From Candidatus Pacebacteria bacterium RIFOXYA1_FULL_38_18 (GTDB taxonomy: Bacteria > Patescibacteriota > Microgenomatia > UBA1400 > PJMF01): DNA of 62,056 bases. Position numbers and translations under genes: made by a program. This document shows, one piece after another, positions 1 through 9,226 of this stretch. Positions within the stretch are counted from its first letter, which is position 1. Each line of letters begins with the position of its first letter. Location: NCBI GenBank assembly GCA_001787405.1, contig MFWV01000001.1, positions 1-62,056 on the forward strand, read 5' to 3'. Below the pieces are notes generated by a model, which was not told the origin of the DNA, ran no database searches, and saw only the letters and a program-made list of their open reading frames with translations.

Positions 1-874
1 TACCAGGAATTTGTAAATTCAATGGGTATTCTTGATCTTGATAGTTAAAACTAGCTTGAGTGTGACCGGCTTGAGATTGATATTTGGTGAGTTGAAAATC
101 AGCAGTTTCTGTTTCGCCGAAAGTGATAATTTGCGCTGATGATTTTTTGGCTAATCTCAAAAGTTGATCATCATCATTGTTCACGACCAAGGCCCCCCCG
201 CTATTAATTTGATCAAAAAATTTGCCAAAGATTTCTTTGGTATGATCAAAATCTTTATAGACATCGGGGTGATCAAAACGCAAGTTGGGAGTGACGATCA
301 TGAAGGGTTTGAGATAAGCAAAACGAGGGGTGATATCTCGATTGGGGTTGATGATGGTGGGGTCTTCCACGTACTCATCAGCTTCTGCTACAAAATATTT
401 GGCATCAGTCCAAGCCCCGGTTCTATCTATGCCAGGAATATTGCCTACCCCTACAGAAAAAGAAGGATTCATTTTGAGTGAACTTAAAATCCAAGTAATC
501 ATGGCGGAGATAGTAGATTTTCCTCCCACTCCACAGACAGCAATGCCTTGTTTTTGATTGAAAAAGAAAGCCAAGGCTTGCGCATGAGTAATGGTGGGCA
601 AATTATTTTCTTTGGCCCAGATGACTTGCGGATTAGTTTGGCCACCGTGAGCACCAGTGTGAATGACACAGTCGATTCCGGCGGGCAATGGGGTGGAAAA
701 GGTGGTATCGATTGCTAAACCCAGCCTATCTAATTGAAATTTGGTAGGAAAATCTTCCGCTACGTCGCTACCTCTAACTTGTTTTCCAGCATCAAGTAAA
801 AGTTGAGCTAGCGAGCTCATGGCGACTCCTTTGATGCCTACGAGATAAAAAGAATCGTACTGTAAAAGGTCCAT
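1..874 (-). CDS. murC: UDP-N-acetylmuramate--L-alanine ligase (runs off window start)
   Basis: Not in ORF track. Manual translation from ATG at 874 gives MDLLQYDSFYLVGIKGVAMSSLAQLLLDAGKQVRGSDV, the MurC N-terminal glycine-rich motif; a GKSTIS P-loop follows; adjacent to another Mur ligase. Confidence 0.9.
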   Translation of the reverse strand, partial: MDLLQYDSFYLVGIKGVAMSSLAQLLLDAGKQVRGSDVAEDFPTKFQLDRLGLAIDTTFSTPLPAGIDCVIHTGAHGGQTNPQVIWAKENNLPTITHAQALAFFFNQKQGIAVCGVGGKSTISAMITWILSSLKMNPSFSVGVGNIPGIDRTGAWTDAKYFVAEADEYVEDPTIINPNRDITPRFAYLKPFMIVTPNLRFDHPDVYKDFDHTKEIFGKFFDQINSGGALVVNNDDDQLLRLAKKSSAQIITFGETETADFQLTKYQSQAGHTQASFNYQDQEYPLNLQIPG

Positions 875-875
875 A

Positions 876-2096
876 TTATTTTTTCTTATTTAGAGCTTGT
901 TTTATTACGGCCTCTTCACTCCAAGGATATTCTATCTTGCCATATGCCATGCTTTTTTCTGGTCCTTTGCCAAAGAAAGCAACCAAATCACCTCGGCGAG
1001 CCAAATGATTAATGGCAAAATCAATGGCCTGTTCACGATTGGCAATAGAAATGATGCGATTGTGACCGTTGGTGAGTTGTTCTTTCATTTGACGGATGAT
1101 AGACCAAACATCTTCGGTGCGCGGGTCTTCTGCGGTAAAGACGACTAGGTCAGCTAGATTTATTCCGATTTGGCCCATCATGGGACGTTTGGCGTAGTCA
1201 CGCAGACCCGCGCACCCATAAACAGCAATGAGACGACCAGTCAGTTTTTCTTGACGCATATATTTTTTGAGTGCTTCCAAAGCCTCTGTCAAAGCATTGG
1301 GAGTGTGAGCAAAATCAACCACTACTTTGAAACCGCGTTTGTTGGGAATAAAATCCATTCGCCCCTCTACTCCAGCAAAAGCTTCAATTCCTTGAGCTAT
1401 TTGTTCAGTACTTAATTTGAGTTGATCGGCAATAGTAATCACCAAACGAGCATTCATTTGATTGTAGGATTCTGGTAGTTTTTTTTCTAAAGCATCTCGT
1501 ATTTTTTTGGGTAAATGAAGGGCGGTGTTATAGCTGACAACTTTATTTTTACTACTCAAATATTTTTTTAATTTGGAGAAAGATTGGTCGTCTTCATTCA
1601 AGACCACTGTTTTAGCTTTAATTAAGAGCATCGCTTTGGCTTCCAAATAATTTGAGTAATTGAGATGATAATCAAAATGTTCATGAGTAATATTTGTCAC
1701 TCCAGCAATTAAAGGTTTAATTCCCCACAAACGATTTTGGTAGGCTCCGTGAGAAGTGAATTCCAGAACCAAATAATCCATGCCGGCTCCAACCATACGA
1801 TTCATGATTTTTTGTAAATCATGAGCATCGGGAGTGGTGACATGGAACCCAGTCTCGATTTTTTCATCACCAATATAAGCAGCTACGGTAGATAATAAAG
1901 CCACTTTTTTGCCGGCAGATTTAAGGATTTGATAAAGTAGCGTGGAGGAAGTGGTTTTGCCGTCTGTGCCGGTAATGGCAATGATTTTTAGTTTTCTGGC
2001 TGGCAAACCATAGCGAATAGAGGCCGGCAATCCCTTAAATAAACCAGTTTTCAAAAAGTGATACCAAAATTTGAAAAGATAGATCAATTCTTTCAT
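876..2096 (-). CDS. murE: MurE-like UDP-MurNAc-tripeptide synthetase
   Basis: ITGTDGKTT P-loop, TNITHEHFDYH, VDFAHTP, GCAGLRD..KRP.MG and EDPRTED motifs. Confidence 0.85.
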   Translation of the reverse strand: MKELIYLFKFWYHFLKTGLFKGLPASIRYGLPARKLKIIAITGTDGKTTSSTLLYQILKSAGKKVALLSTVAAYIGDEKIETGFHVTTPDAHDLQKIMNRMVGAGMDYLVLEFTSHGAYQNRLWGIKPLIAGVTNITHEHFDYHLNYSNYLEAKAMLLIKAKTVVLNEDDQSFSKLKKYLSSKNKVVSYNTALHLPKKIRDALEKKLPESYNQMNARLVITIADQLKLSTEQIAQGIEAFAGVEGRMDFIPNKRGFKVVVDFAHTPNALTEALEALKKYMRQEKLTGRLIAVYGCAGLRDYAKRPMMGQIGINLADLVVFTAEDPRTEDVWSIIRQMKEQLTNGHNRIISIANREQAIDFAINHLARRGDLVAFFGKGPEKSMAYGKIEYPWSEEAVIKQALNKKK

Positions 2097-2154
2097 GATT
2101 TTTCATTATACCAGTGTTACACCTGCTGTCAGAAATCAAGTTTAAACTGATTTT

Positions 2155-3639
2155 ATGTTTGCCAAATGTTCCTCAATGGTCATGACTGGCCTGCAGGCTA
2201 TTCCGGTTGAAGTAGAAGTAGATGGTACCAGAGGTCAGCCGAGTTTAATTATGATTGGTCTACCAAACAAAACCGTAGATGAAGCCAAAGAACGTATCTC
2301 TTCTGCCCTGCAAAACTGTGGCATAAGAATTCGAAGCATCAGAACGGTGGTAAATCTGGCTCCGGCTGAGGTGCGCAAAACTGGTAGTGCTTTAGAACTG
2401 GCTATTGCGGTGGGTTTACTCAAAATGTATGGAGAGATTGATTGGGACACCACCCAAACTATGTTTTTTGGCGAGCTATCACTGGACGGTAGTTTAAAAT
2501 CAGTCAAGGGTTTGTTCCCGATGGTTTTGGCAGCTCAAGAACTAGGGGTAAAGCGAGTCTTTTTTCCTCAGGGGAATGCCAAGGAAATCTCGATGATTGA
2601 AGATTTGGCTCTTTATCCAATCAATCATTTGCGAGAATTATTGTTTTTTAAAAATCAATCACCCAAGCCGTTGATTAATTCGCTCTCTAGTAAGCCCCAA
2701 GAACCCAAGATTGATGTTTTGTCACAAATGGTAGGTCAAGAACAAGCCAAGCGAGCCATTCAGATTGCGGCGGCAGGTCGACACAATATTTTGTTAATTG
2801 GTTCTCCTGGTGCCGGTAAAAGCATGTTGGCCAAAGCCATGCGCAGCATCCTGCCGCCGCTCACCAAAACAGAATCAGTGGAGGTAACCAAGCTTTATTC
2901 ATTGAAGGGTTTGGCGCAAACAGGATTGATTAAAGAGCGCCCTTTTCGAGAACCACATCACTCAACTTCTACAGTAGGTTTATTGGGTGGTGGACATTTA
3001 CTTCAACCAGGAGAAATCTCTTTAGCCCATCAAGGAGTATTATTTTTAGATGAATTTACTGAATATCAAAGTTCTGTTCAAGAAGCACTTCGCCAGCCAC
3101 TAGAGGATGGTCGCATCGTTATCACCAGAGCAATAGGTAGTGTGGAATATCCAGCTCGTTTTATGTTGATAGCTGCAGCCAATCCTTGTCCCTGTGGCTA
3201 TCAATATCACGAAGCAAAAGTTTGTAAATGTACTCCCAGAGAAATTGCTAATTATCAAAAACGTTTATCAGGACCTATTTTGGATAGAATTGATTTGCAG
3301 TTGAAGATTCAATCGATTGATCCTCAGCGCTTTATTGAGCCAAAACCAAAAATCAATCAAACAGCGCTCGCCAATCAAGCCGCGAGTGTTGCTCAAATCG
3401 TTCAGCTTGAACGACAACAAAAAGCCAATGCTTTTTTGAGCTATAAAGAATTACAAAAATTTGCTCAAATAAAACTTGTTTCTTGGCAATTTTTATCTCA
3501 AGCTGCCAAGAAGTTTTTATTATCTAGTCGTGGTTATTTAAAGGTTCTACGAGTGGCTAGAACAATCGCCGATCTAGAACAGAGTGAAGAGGTTGACAAA
3601 AAACACGTCATAGAAGCTTTGGCTTATCGGATTAATTGA
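2155..3639 (+). CDS. comM: ComM/YifB Mg-chelatase-like AAA+ helicase
   Basis: NLAPA, GSPGAGKS Walker A, RPFREPHH, PGEISLAHQGVLFLDE, NPCPCG and LSGPILDRID motifs. Confidence 0.92.
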   Translation: MFAKCSSMVMTGLQAIPVEVEVDGTRGQPSLIMIGLPNKTVDEAKERISSALQNCGIRIRSIRTVVNLAPAEVRKTGSALELAIAVGLLKMYGEIDWDTTQTMFFGELSLDGSLKSVKGLFPMVLAAQELGVKRVFFPQGNAKEISMIEDLALYPINHLRELLFFKNQSPKPLINSLSSKPQEPKIDVLSQMVGQEQAKRAIQIAAAGRHNILLIGSPGAGKSMLAKAMRSILPPLTKTESVEVTKLYSLKGLAQTGLIKERPFREPHHSTSTVGLLGGGHLLQPGEISLAHQGVLFLDEFTEYQSSVQEALRQPLEDGRIVITRAIGSVEYPARFMLIAAANPCPCGYQYHEAKVCKCTPREIANYQKRLSGPILDRIDLQLKIQSIDPQRFIEPKPKINQTALANQAASVAQIVQLERQQKANAFLSYKELQKFAQIKLVSWQFLSQAAKKFLLSSRGYLKVLRVARTIADLEQSEEVDKKHVIEALAYRIN

Positions 3640-4388
3640 AATAGGATTACTCCCCCACCCAATAAAAAGCAGTACCAGCTAAAAACAGTAAATCTAGCTT
3701 GAGAGATCAATTTTTTTAGTATTTTGAGACTCAACAAACTAGTGACCAAGGTTCCCAAACTGCCTGCCAATAAAATTGATCCCCCCGGAATAGGAATTTG
3801 CTCAGTAAAAAGTTCGAGCATTTGCCAGGCGCTAGCTCCCAAAATAGCAGGAATGGCCAGCAAAAAAGTAAAAGCAAAAGCTTTTTGTCTGGTAAGTCCT
3901 TGAGAAAAACTACCCAACAAAGTAGCTCCAGATCTAGAAATGCCGGGAAGAATTGCCACCGCCTGAAACAAACCAATCATCAAGCTTTTTGAAAACGTCA
4001 GCTTCTCGGTTGAGGCCAGTGGTTTGTCCATGGCTTTCTGAATAAATAAATTAATAAAACCAGTGATTAATAATAAAATCCCGACTAAGATTGGTACGGC
4101 CACTACCAAATCAACTATTTCTTGGCTTAACAAACCGGCAATAATGGCCGGAATAGTTGCCAGACCCAGCCACTGATAATCTTTAAATTTCAATTTTTTG
4201 ATGTTTGGCCAGAAAAAAATAACAATAGCAATCAAGCTAGCTGCATGAAGAAAAACCTCAAAAAACAAACCAGGTTCTTGTAATCCCAACCAATATTGAG
4301 CCAGAGCCAAATGACCAGAACTAGAAACAGGTAAAAACTCAGTTAAGCCCTGGACTATTCCCAGTATTAGGGCTTGATTGATGTTCAT
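3624..4388 (-). CDS. uppP: undecaprenyl-diphosphate phosphatase
   Basis: QGLTEFLPVSSSGH and PGISRSGAT signatures. Confidence 0.95.
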   Translation of the reverse strand: MNINQALILGIVQGLTEFLPVSSSGHLALAQYWLGLQEPGLFFEVFLHAASLIAIVIFFWPNIKKLKFKDYQWLGLATIPAIIAGLLSQEIVDLVVAVPILVGILLLITGFINLFIQKAMDKPLASTEKLTFSKSLMIGLFQAVAILPGISRSGATLLGSFSQGLTRQKAFAFTFLLAIPAILGASAWQMLELFTEQIPIPGGSILLAGSLGTLVTSLLSLKILKKLISQARFTVFSWYCFLLGGGVILFQLIR

Positions 4389-4391
4389 AAA

Positions 4392-5099
4392 TTATTTTTT
4401 CTTTTTATTTTTGTTGGAAAAATCTTCGTACCAATCCTCTAGTACTTTTTCCACCAATTTTTTGCCGCCCAAACCCAGGGCCAAACCAAAGCCCAGTGTT
4501 AAAGTGGCGACCAGTCCAATGAACATCACTGTCAAAAACTGTTCAGCAATCCCCAATTCAGAGAAAGCTGACATGGCAGCTAATGTCACTACAAAGTAAC
4601 CAGAAATTTTGCCCATCACTCGACTAGTTTTTTGATCGATGGCTCTGACACTATTTTTAACCAAACTTTCCACCCAACCAGCTACCAGTACTCCAAACAG
4701 CAAAATAAAGATGGCAGAAATCACACTGGGAATGTAACCCAAGATATTTTCCAAAACTACGGTTACGGAACTCAAGCCCAAGATAGCTACCATGATGTAG
4801 ATGACAACTACCACACTCACCCAATAAAAGAGATTGGCGATACTTGCTTGGATTTTTTGACCAATTTTTTCGTCTTGGAAAGCTAATTGTAATGGAGTTT
4901 TATCGATCATTTTACTAAAGCCTACGGCTTGTAAAACTTTTTGAACTAAACTGCGCACAGCTTTTGCCAACAAAACACCCACTACTAAAGCAGTAAAAGC
5001 TCCCAAAACTTTTGGCAACAAAAGTGCCAAACTATTGAGAGTCGTAACAGCCAAATAATTCCAGGAATTTTGTAAAGCTTCGTTCATCGTGCCTTTCAT
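4392..5099 (-). CDS. CmpX/MscS TM-helix-repeat membrane protein
   Basis: Repeated 'LPKVLGAF/YIPSVISAI' TM units and a C-terminal ALGLGGK motif. Confidence 0.7.
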   Translation of the reverse strand: MKGTMNEALQNSWNYLAVTTLNSLALLLPKVLGAFTALVVGVLLAKAVRSLVQKVLQAVGFSKMIDKTPLQLAFQDEKIGQKIQASIANLFYWVSVVVVIYIMVAILGLSSVTVVLENILGYIPSVISAIFILLFGVLVAGWVESLVKNSVRAIDQKTSRVMGKISGYFVVTLAAMSAFSELGIAEQFLTVMFIGLVATLTLGFGLALGLGGKKLVEKVLEDWYEDFSNKNKKKK

Positions 5100-5116
5100 T
5101 ATAATTTATTTTATTT

Positions 5117-5475
5117 GCGCACAACTCGTAAGCCGGATTCTGTTTAAGCAAGATTTATCTATGCCGAAGCCTGATGACCTTGTGCCGCCGAGGCGGAACG
5201 ATAGGGAGTAGGTCCATTAAGGTCAAGGTCGTTCGTTGCAGCCGGGAGGATTGCCATCTCGCCGAGGCGGGATACCCAGAAGCTTGGTCGTTTCACTCGG
5301 CGCCACCCGATTCGTCACTGTTGCTCTAACTGGCTCTCATCTGGCCGAAACCTGATGAGATCTCCGCTTTTCAACGGACACCGTCTACTCTGCTGTCCGG
5401 ACTTTCCTCTTTTAGTCTTTTTTTTTCGATTGTGTCGAAAGCCAAAGTTTTCGAAGTGCTTGCCCGGTTGTGCGC
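5117..5475 (-). ncRNA. rnpB: RNase P RNA
   Basis: Minus strand carries GAGGAAAGTCCGG and AACAGAATCCGGCTTA (the two P4 strands), with P1 formed by GCGCACAAC/GTTGTGCGC. Confidence 0.95.
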
Positions 5476-5523
5476 TCCTCTATTATAGCTTTTTAGCGTC
5501 AGGAAAGCAATTTAAATTCAGTC

Positions 5524-6492
5524 TTATTTTAGCCTGGGAACAATGATTTTCCAAGCTTTTTCCTCTAGATTCTCTTGATCGGTTTTGAACCACTCGATTT
5601 GAGTTTGTTTTTTCCACCAAGTTTGTTGACGCTTGGCATATTTAAATTCAGCCAAAACCCAAGCTTCTTTGAGTTTTTCCAAGGGTAGTTCTCCATTTAG
5701 ATAATGATTGATTTCTGAGTAGCCCAAACTAGCTTTGGCTTGCAAATCTGGTTTGGGATGATGAAATTCAAACTGTTTTACCTGAGCCATCACTCCCTGT
5801 TCAATGCGATCATCAACTCGTTTGGCAATTTTTGCTTGAAGAACTTTGAGCGGTAATTGTAAACCAAATTGGACCACTGGCCGACAAATAATTGGCGATC
5901 TAGTGGGTAGTTTGGCTCGAGCCAGTTCAAGAGCTCTAATTAATCGCCGAGGATTATTTCTGTCAGAATGATTCATTTTTTCCCAGCGAGCAGTCCAAGC
6001 TTTTTTGAGTTTGGTTTGCAACTCTGCCAATGATCTCAGTTCTAGTTTTTTTCTTAATTGTTTATTTGGCTCAATCATCACGGTGGTGGCTGGATTGAAG
6101 ATTTGTTGATGATAGAGTCCGGTACCACCTACCACGATTAATGCTGTTTTTTCATCAATAGTTTGCCAAAGAAGCTGAAAAAGTTTTTGAAAATGAGCCA
6201 CTGACCACTCTGCTTCCCCAGGCACACAAGCAATACCATGCAACTCTATTGATCGATTGGTTTTTTGAAAATAAGGATAAGGAAAATGATCATTTTTGAG
6301 TTGTTGAAAGCCAGTGGGAATATCAGCTCCGGTAAGAATTTCCAAACCTGCAAAGACTTGTTTGGAATCAGCAGAAAGCAATAAAACTTTTTTAAAGCCC
6401 TGATCAATCAATTTTTCTGCCAATTGCAGTGCCAGATTGGTTTTTCCAGTGGCGGTTTGACCGACAACAGTTAACAACAGTTTTTTTTCCAT
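5524..6492 (-). CDS. miaA: tRNA dimethylallyltransferase
   Basis: GQTATGKT, SADSKQVF, VGGTGLY, NPRRLIRALE and YAKRQQTW motifs. Confidence 0.93.
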   Translation of the reverse strand: MEKKLLLTVVGQTATGKTNLALQLAEKLIDQGFKKVLLLSADSKQVFAGLEILTGADIPTGFQQLKNDHFPYPYFQKTNRSIELHGIACVPGEAEWSVAHFQKLFQLLWQTIDEKTALIVVGGTGLYHQQIFNPATTVMIEPNKQLRKKLELRSLAELQTKLKKAWTARWEKMNHSDRNNPRRLIRALELARAKLPTRSPIICRPVVQFGLQLPLKVLQAKIAKRVDDRIEQGVMAQVKQFEFHHPKPDLQAKASLGYSEINHYLNGELPLEKLKEAWVLAEFKYAKRQQTWWKKQTQIEWFKTDQENLEEKAWKIIVPRLK

Positions 6493-6516
6493 AATTAAAC
6501 TACTTTTATTTCCAAC

Positions 6517-7671
6517 TTAAACTACTTTGGGTCGGACAGACAAATTATCTTTATTGATAATTTGATCCAAAATATCCCAACGTTTCTTTTTGACAGTATA
6601 CGGGATATCGTCTTGGTAAAGTCGATCAGCTGCTGTTCCAGGACGAGGTGAGTACATGGCCACAAAACCCACTTTCCAGTTGACACTTTTGGCAATCTCT
6701 ACTGTTTCAGCAAATTCAGCCTCTGTTTCGCCAGGAAAACCAACAATAATATCTGTGCCCAGCACGATGGTAGAATCACCGTCTGTCAGTTTTTTGGCAA
6801 TTTTAAGATAATCAGTTTTGGTGTAACCGCGATTCATGCGTTTTAACACACTGTCACTGCCAGATTGAATCGGTAAATGCACATAACGATCAATTTTTTT
6901 ATTTTTGATGATTTCCTCGATCAACTCATCATGAAAATCCCAGGGGTTGCTACTCATAAAACGGATTTTTTTGATTTTTTTAAACTCACTGATAGCTCTT
7001 AACAACTCAACAAAGGGGGGTGTGCCTTTGGGTTTTAAATATTGTGAAGCATTGGAGGGCAAATCTTTTCTAGTCAGTTTTTTATCACTTATCAGCATTT
7101 TGCGCAAACCAATACCAACCTTCTCCAGTCCCCAAGAATTAACATTTTGACCCAATAAAGTTATTTCCGAATAGCCCCGAGCTACCAAGTCTCTAACTTC
7201 AGTAAGAATTTCCTCCATTCCTCGTGATTGTTCACGGCCACGCGAATAAGGCACGATGCAATAAGTGCAAAAAGAATTACAACCAGCAGAAATGGGAATC
7301 CAAGCATGTTTTTTATCCCTGCGTATAGCTGTTTGATTAAAACCAACCTCGTTAACCGGTAAAATTTCATCAATGGCGGGAATCATTTCCATGATTTTAT
7401 TTTTGCCATGATGCAACATACAACCAGTGAAGATGATTTTGGGGCGTGGTTTTTTTTGTTTTGCAAAGTAAGCCACGATGCTATTGATATAAGCGCGTGC
7501 ACGATGTTCGGCGCGTTGACGAATAGCACAAGTATTGATCACTACCTCATCGGCTGATTTCCAACTATCAGCCAATTTATAGCCCCTTGCCTCGTAATCT
7601 CCGGCAATACGCTCTGAATCACTCTTGTTGGATTGGCAACCAAAAGTATGAATAAAATAAGTATTTTTCAC
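6517..7671 (-). CDS. miaB: tRNA methylthiotransferase MiaB (no C-terminal TRAM domain)
   Basis: TFGCQSN, NTCAIR and GC N-terminal cluster ligands; CNSFCTYC radical-SAM motif; GQNVNSWG; DIIVGFPGET. Start placed at GTG 7671 because the longer ORF overlaps tRNA-Cys. Confidence 0.85.
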   Translation of the reverse strand: MKNTYFIHTFGCQSNKSDSERIAGDYEARGYKLADSWKSADEVVINTCAIRQRAEHRARAYINSIVAYFAKQKKPRPKIIFTGCMLHHGKNKIMEMIPAIDEILPVNEVGFNQTAIRRDKKHAWIPISAGCNSFCTYCIVPYSRGREQSRGMEEILTEVRDLVARGYSEITLLGQNVNSWGLEKVGIGLRKMLISDKKLTRKDLPSNASQYLKPKGTPPFVELLRAISEFKKIKKIRFMSSNPWDFHDELIEEIIKNKKIDRYVHLPIQSGSDSVLKRMNRGYTKTDYLKIAKKLTDGDSTIVLGTDIIVGFPGETEAEFAETVEIAKSVNWKVGFVAMYSPRPGTAADRLYQDDIPYTVKKKRWDILDQIINKDNLSVRPKVV

Positions 7672-7673
7672 TG

Positions 7674-7747
7674 AGGCACGGATGGGATTCGAACCCACGA
7701 ACGAAGGTTTTGCAGACCTTGCCATTAGACCACTCTGGTACCGTGCC
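7674..7747 (-). tRNA. tRNA-Cys(GCA)
   Basis: GGCACGG/CCGTGCC acceptor stem, AAGGT-CTGCAAA-ACCTT anticodon arm, GGTTCGAATCC T-arm; no encoded CCA. Confidence 0.95.
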
Positions 7748-7929
7748 AGTGAGTGAATTATAGCTGGCAGTGGCAAAAAGCGCGAGGGAAGGGTTCGGTC
7801 TTAATTATTTTATGCTTTTTCTTAAATGTTTATTTTTAAAATAATCTTAACAACGAATGCTTATTAAATAATTATTTTTTCAATCTCTGCTATATATTTT
7901 GGAAAATTAACCTACAATTAAAAAAATAA

Positions 7930-9222
7930 ATGAAAAAAAACTTTTTATTTGTTTCATTTGATGCTCTTATTACTGATACCGCTTGGCAGGTAGTTAAAGA
8001 GGGTCACAATGTCAAGTTTTCTATTGACGACAAAAGCTGCCAAGATATCGGCAATGGTTTTATTCCCAAAACTAAAAATTGGCGCGCAGAATTGGATTGG
8101 GCAGATATTGTCATCTTTGATGATGTTTTGGGACATGGAAAATTGGCAGAAAAATTGCGCAAGACTGGCAAATTGGTAGTGGGTGGCACCAAATACACAG
8201 ATCGATTGGAAGATGATCGCTCATTTGGTCAGAAAGAGCTACTTCGTCATGGTATTAAAGTACTCCCCTATCAAGAATTTAATTACTTTGATGATGCCAT
8301 CAAATTTGTTAAAGATCATCCAGGTGCTTATGTGATTAAACCCAGTGGTGAGGCTCAAAACATTAAAAAATTATTATTTGTTGGTCAAGATGATAATGGT
8401 GAAGATATTCTGCGAGTTTTGGAAGCTTATCGCAAAACTTGGAGTGAAGAAATTAAAGAATTTCAATTACAGAAAAAAGTTAGTTCTGGAGTAGAAGTTG
8501 CCGTGGGTGCTTTTTTTAATGGTCATAGATTTATTTTGCCTATCAACATCAATTTTGAACATAAAAAACTTTTTCCTGGAGATTTGGGAGTGGCAACCGG
8601 TGAAATGGGTACTAGTATGTTTTGGAGTAAGCCTAATCGTCTCTTCAATGAAACGCTCAAAAAAATGGAGCCAACCTTGAAAAAAGAAAAATATGTTGGT
8701 TATATCGACATTAACTGTATTGTTAACGGTCAAGGGATTTATCCTTTGGAGTTTACGGCTCGCTTTGGTTATCCCACTATTCACATTCAATCAGAATCAA
8801 TGTTGACACCCATTAGTGAGTTTTTATTGAAGCTGGCTAGTGGTGAGGATTTTGAGTTCAAAACTAAAGCAGGTTTTCATTTGGGCACTAGAATTGTTGT
8901 ACCACCCTTTCCTTACAACGATAAAAAGACTTACAATTCTTTTTCCAAAAACAATGCCATTATTTTTAAAAAGCCACACTTGGAAGGTGTTCATTTGGAA
9001 GATGTTAAACTCAAAAAAGGTGAATGGACAATTGCCGGCAATTCTGGAGTAATTTTGGTAATTGCTGCTTCTGGAACAACTATGAAGCAGGCACAAACTC
9101 AAATGCGCAACCGCATCAAAAACATCGTGATTCCCAATATGTACTATAGAATTGATATTGGCAATCGTTGGTATGAAGATAGTGATAAGCTTCATTCGTG
9201 GGGTTATTTGCGAGAAATTTAA
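7930..9222 (+). CDS. PurD-like ATP-grasp ligase (phosphoribosylamine-glycine ligase family)
   Basis: RLEDDRSFG, VIKPSG, TGEMG and LEFTARFGYP motifs; canonical PurD N-terminal GGREHA absent. Confidence 0.75.
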   Translation: MKKNFLFVSFDALITDTAWQVVKEGHNVKFSIDDKSCQDIGNGFIPKTKNWRAELDWADIVIFDDVLGHGKLAEKLRKTGKLVVGGTKYTDRLEDDRSFGQKELLRHGIKVLPYQEFNYFDDAIKFVKDHPGAYVIKPSGEAQNIKKLLFVGQDDNGEDILRVLEAYRKTWSEEIKEFQLQKKVSSGVEVAVGAFFNGHRFILPININFEHKKLFPGDLGVATGEMGTSMFWSKPNRLFNETLKKMEPTLKKEKYVGYIDINCIVNGQGIYPLEFTARFGYPTIHIQSESMLTPISEFLLKLASGEDFEFKTKAGFHLGTRIVVPPFPYNDKKTYNSFSKNNAIIFKKPHLEGVHLEDVKLKKGEWTIAGNSGVILVIAASGTTMKQAQTQMRNRIKNIVIPNMYYRIDIGNRWYEDSDKLHSWGYLREI

Positions 9223-9226
9223 TAAT

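Noticed and set aside
7672-7776. 35-aa N-terminal extension of MiaB from the ORF track
   Set aside because: It is a translation of tRNA-Cys; MiaB homology begins at the GTG at 7671.
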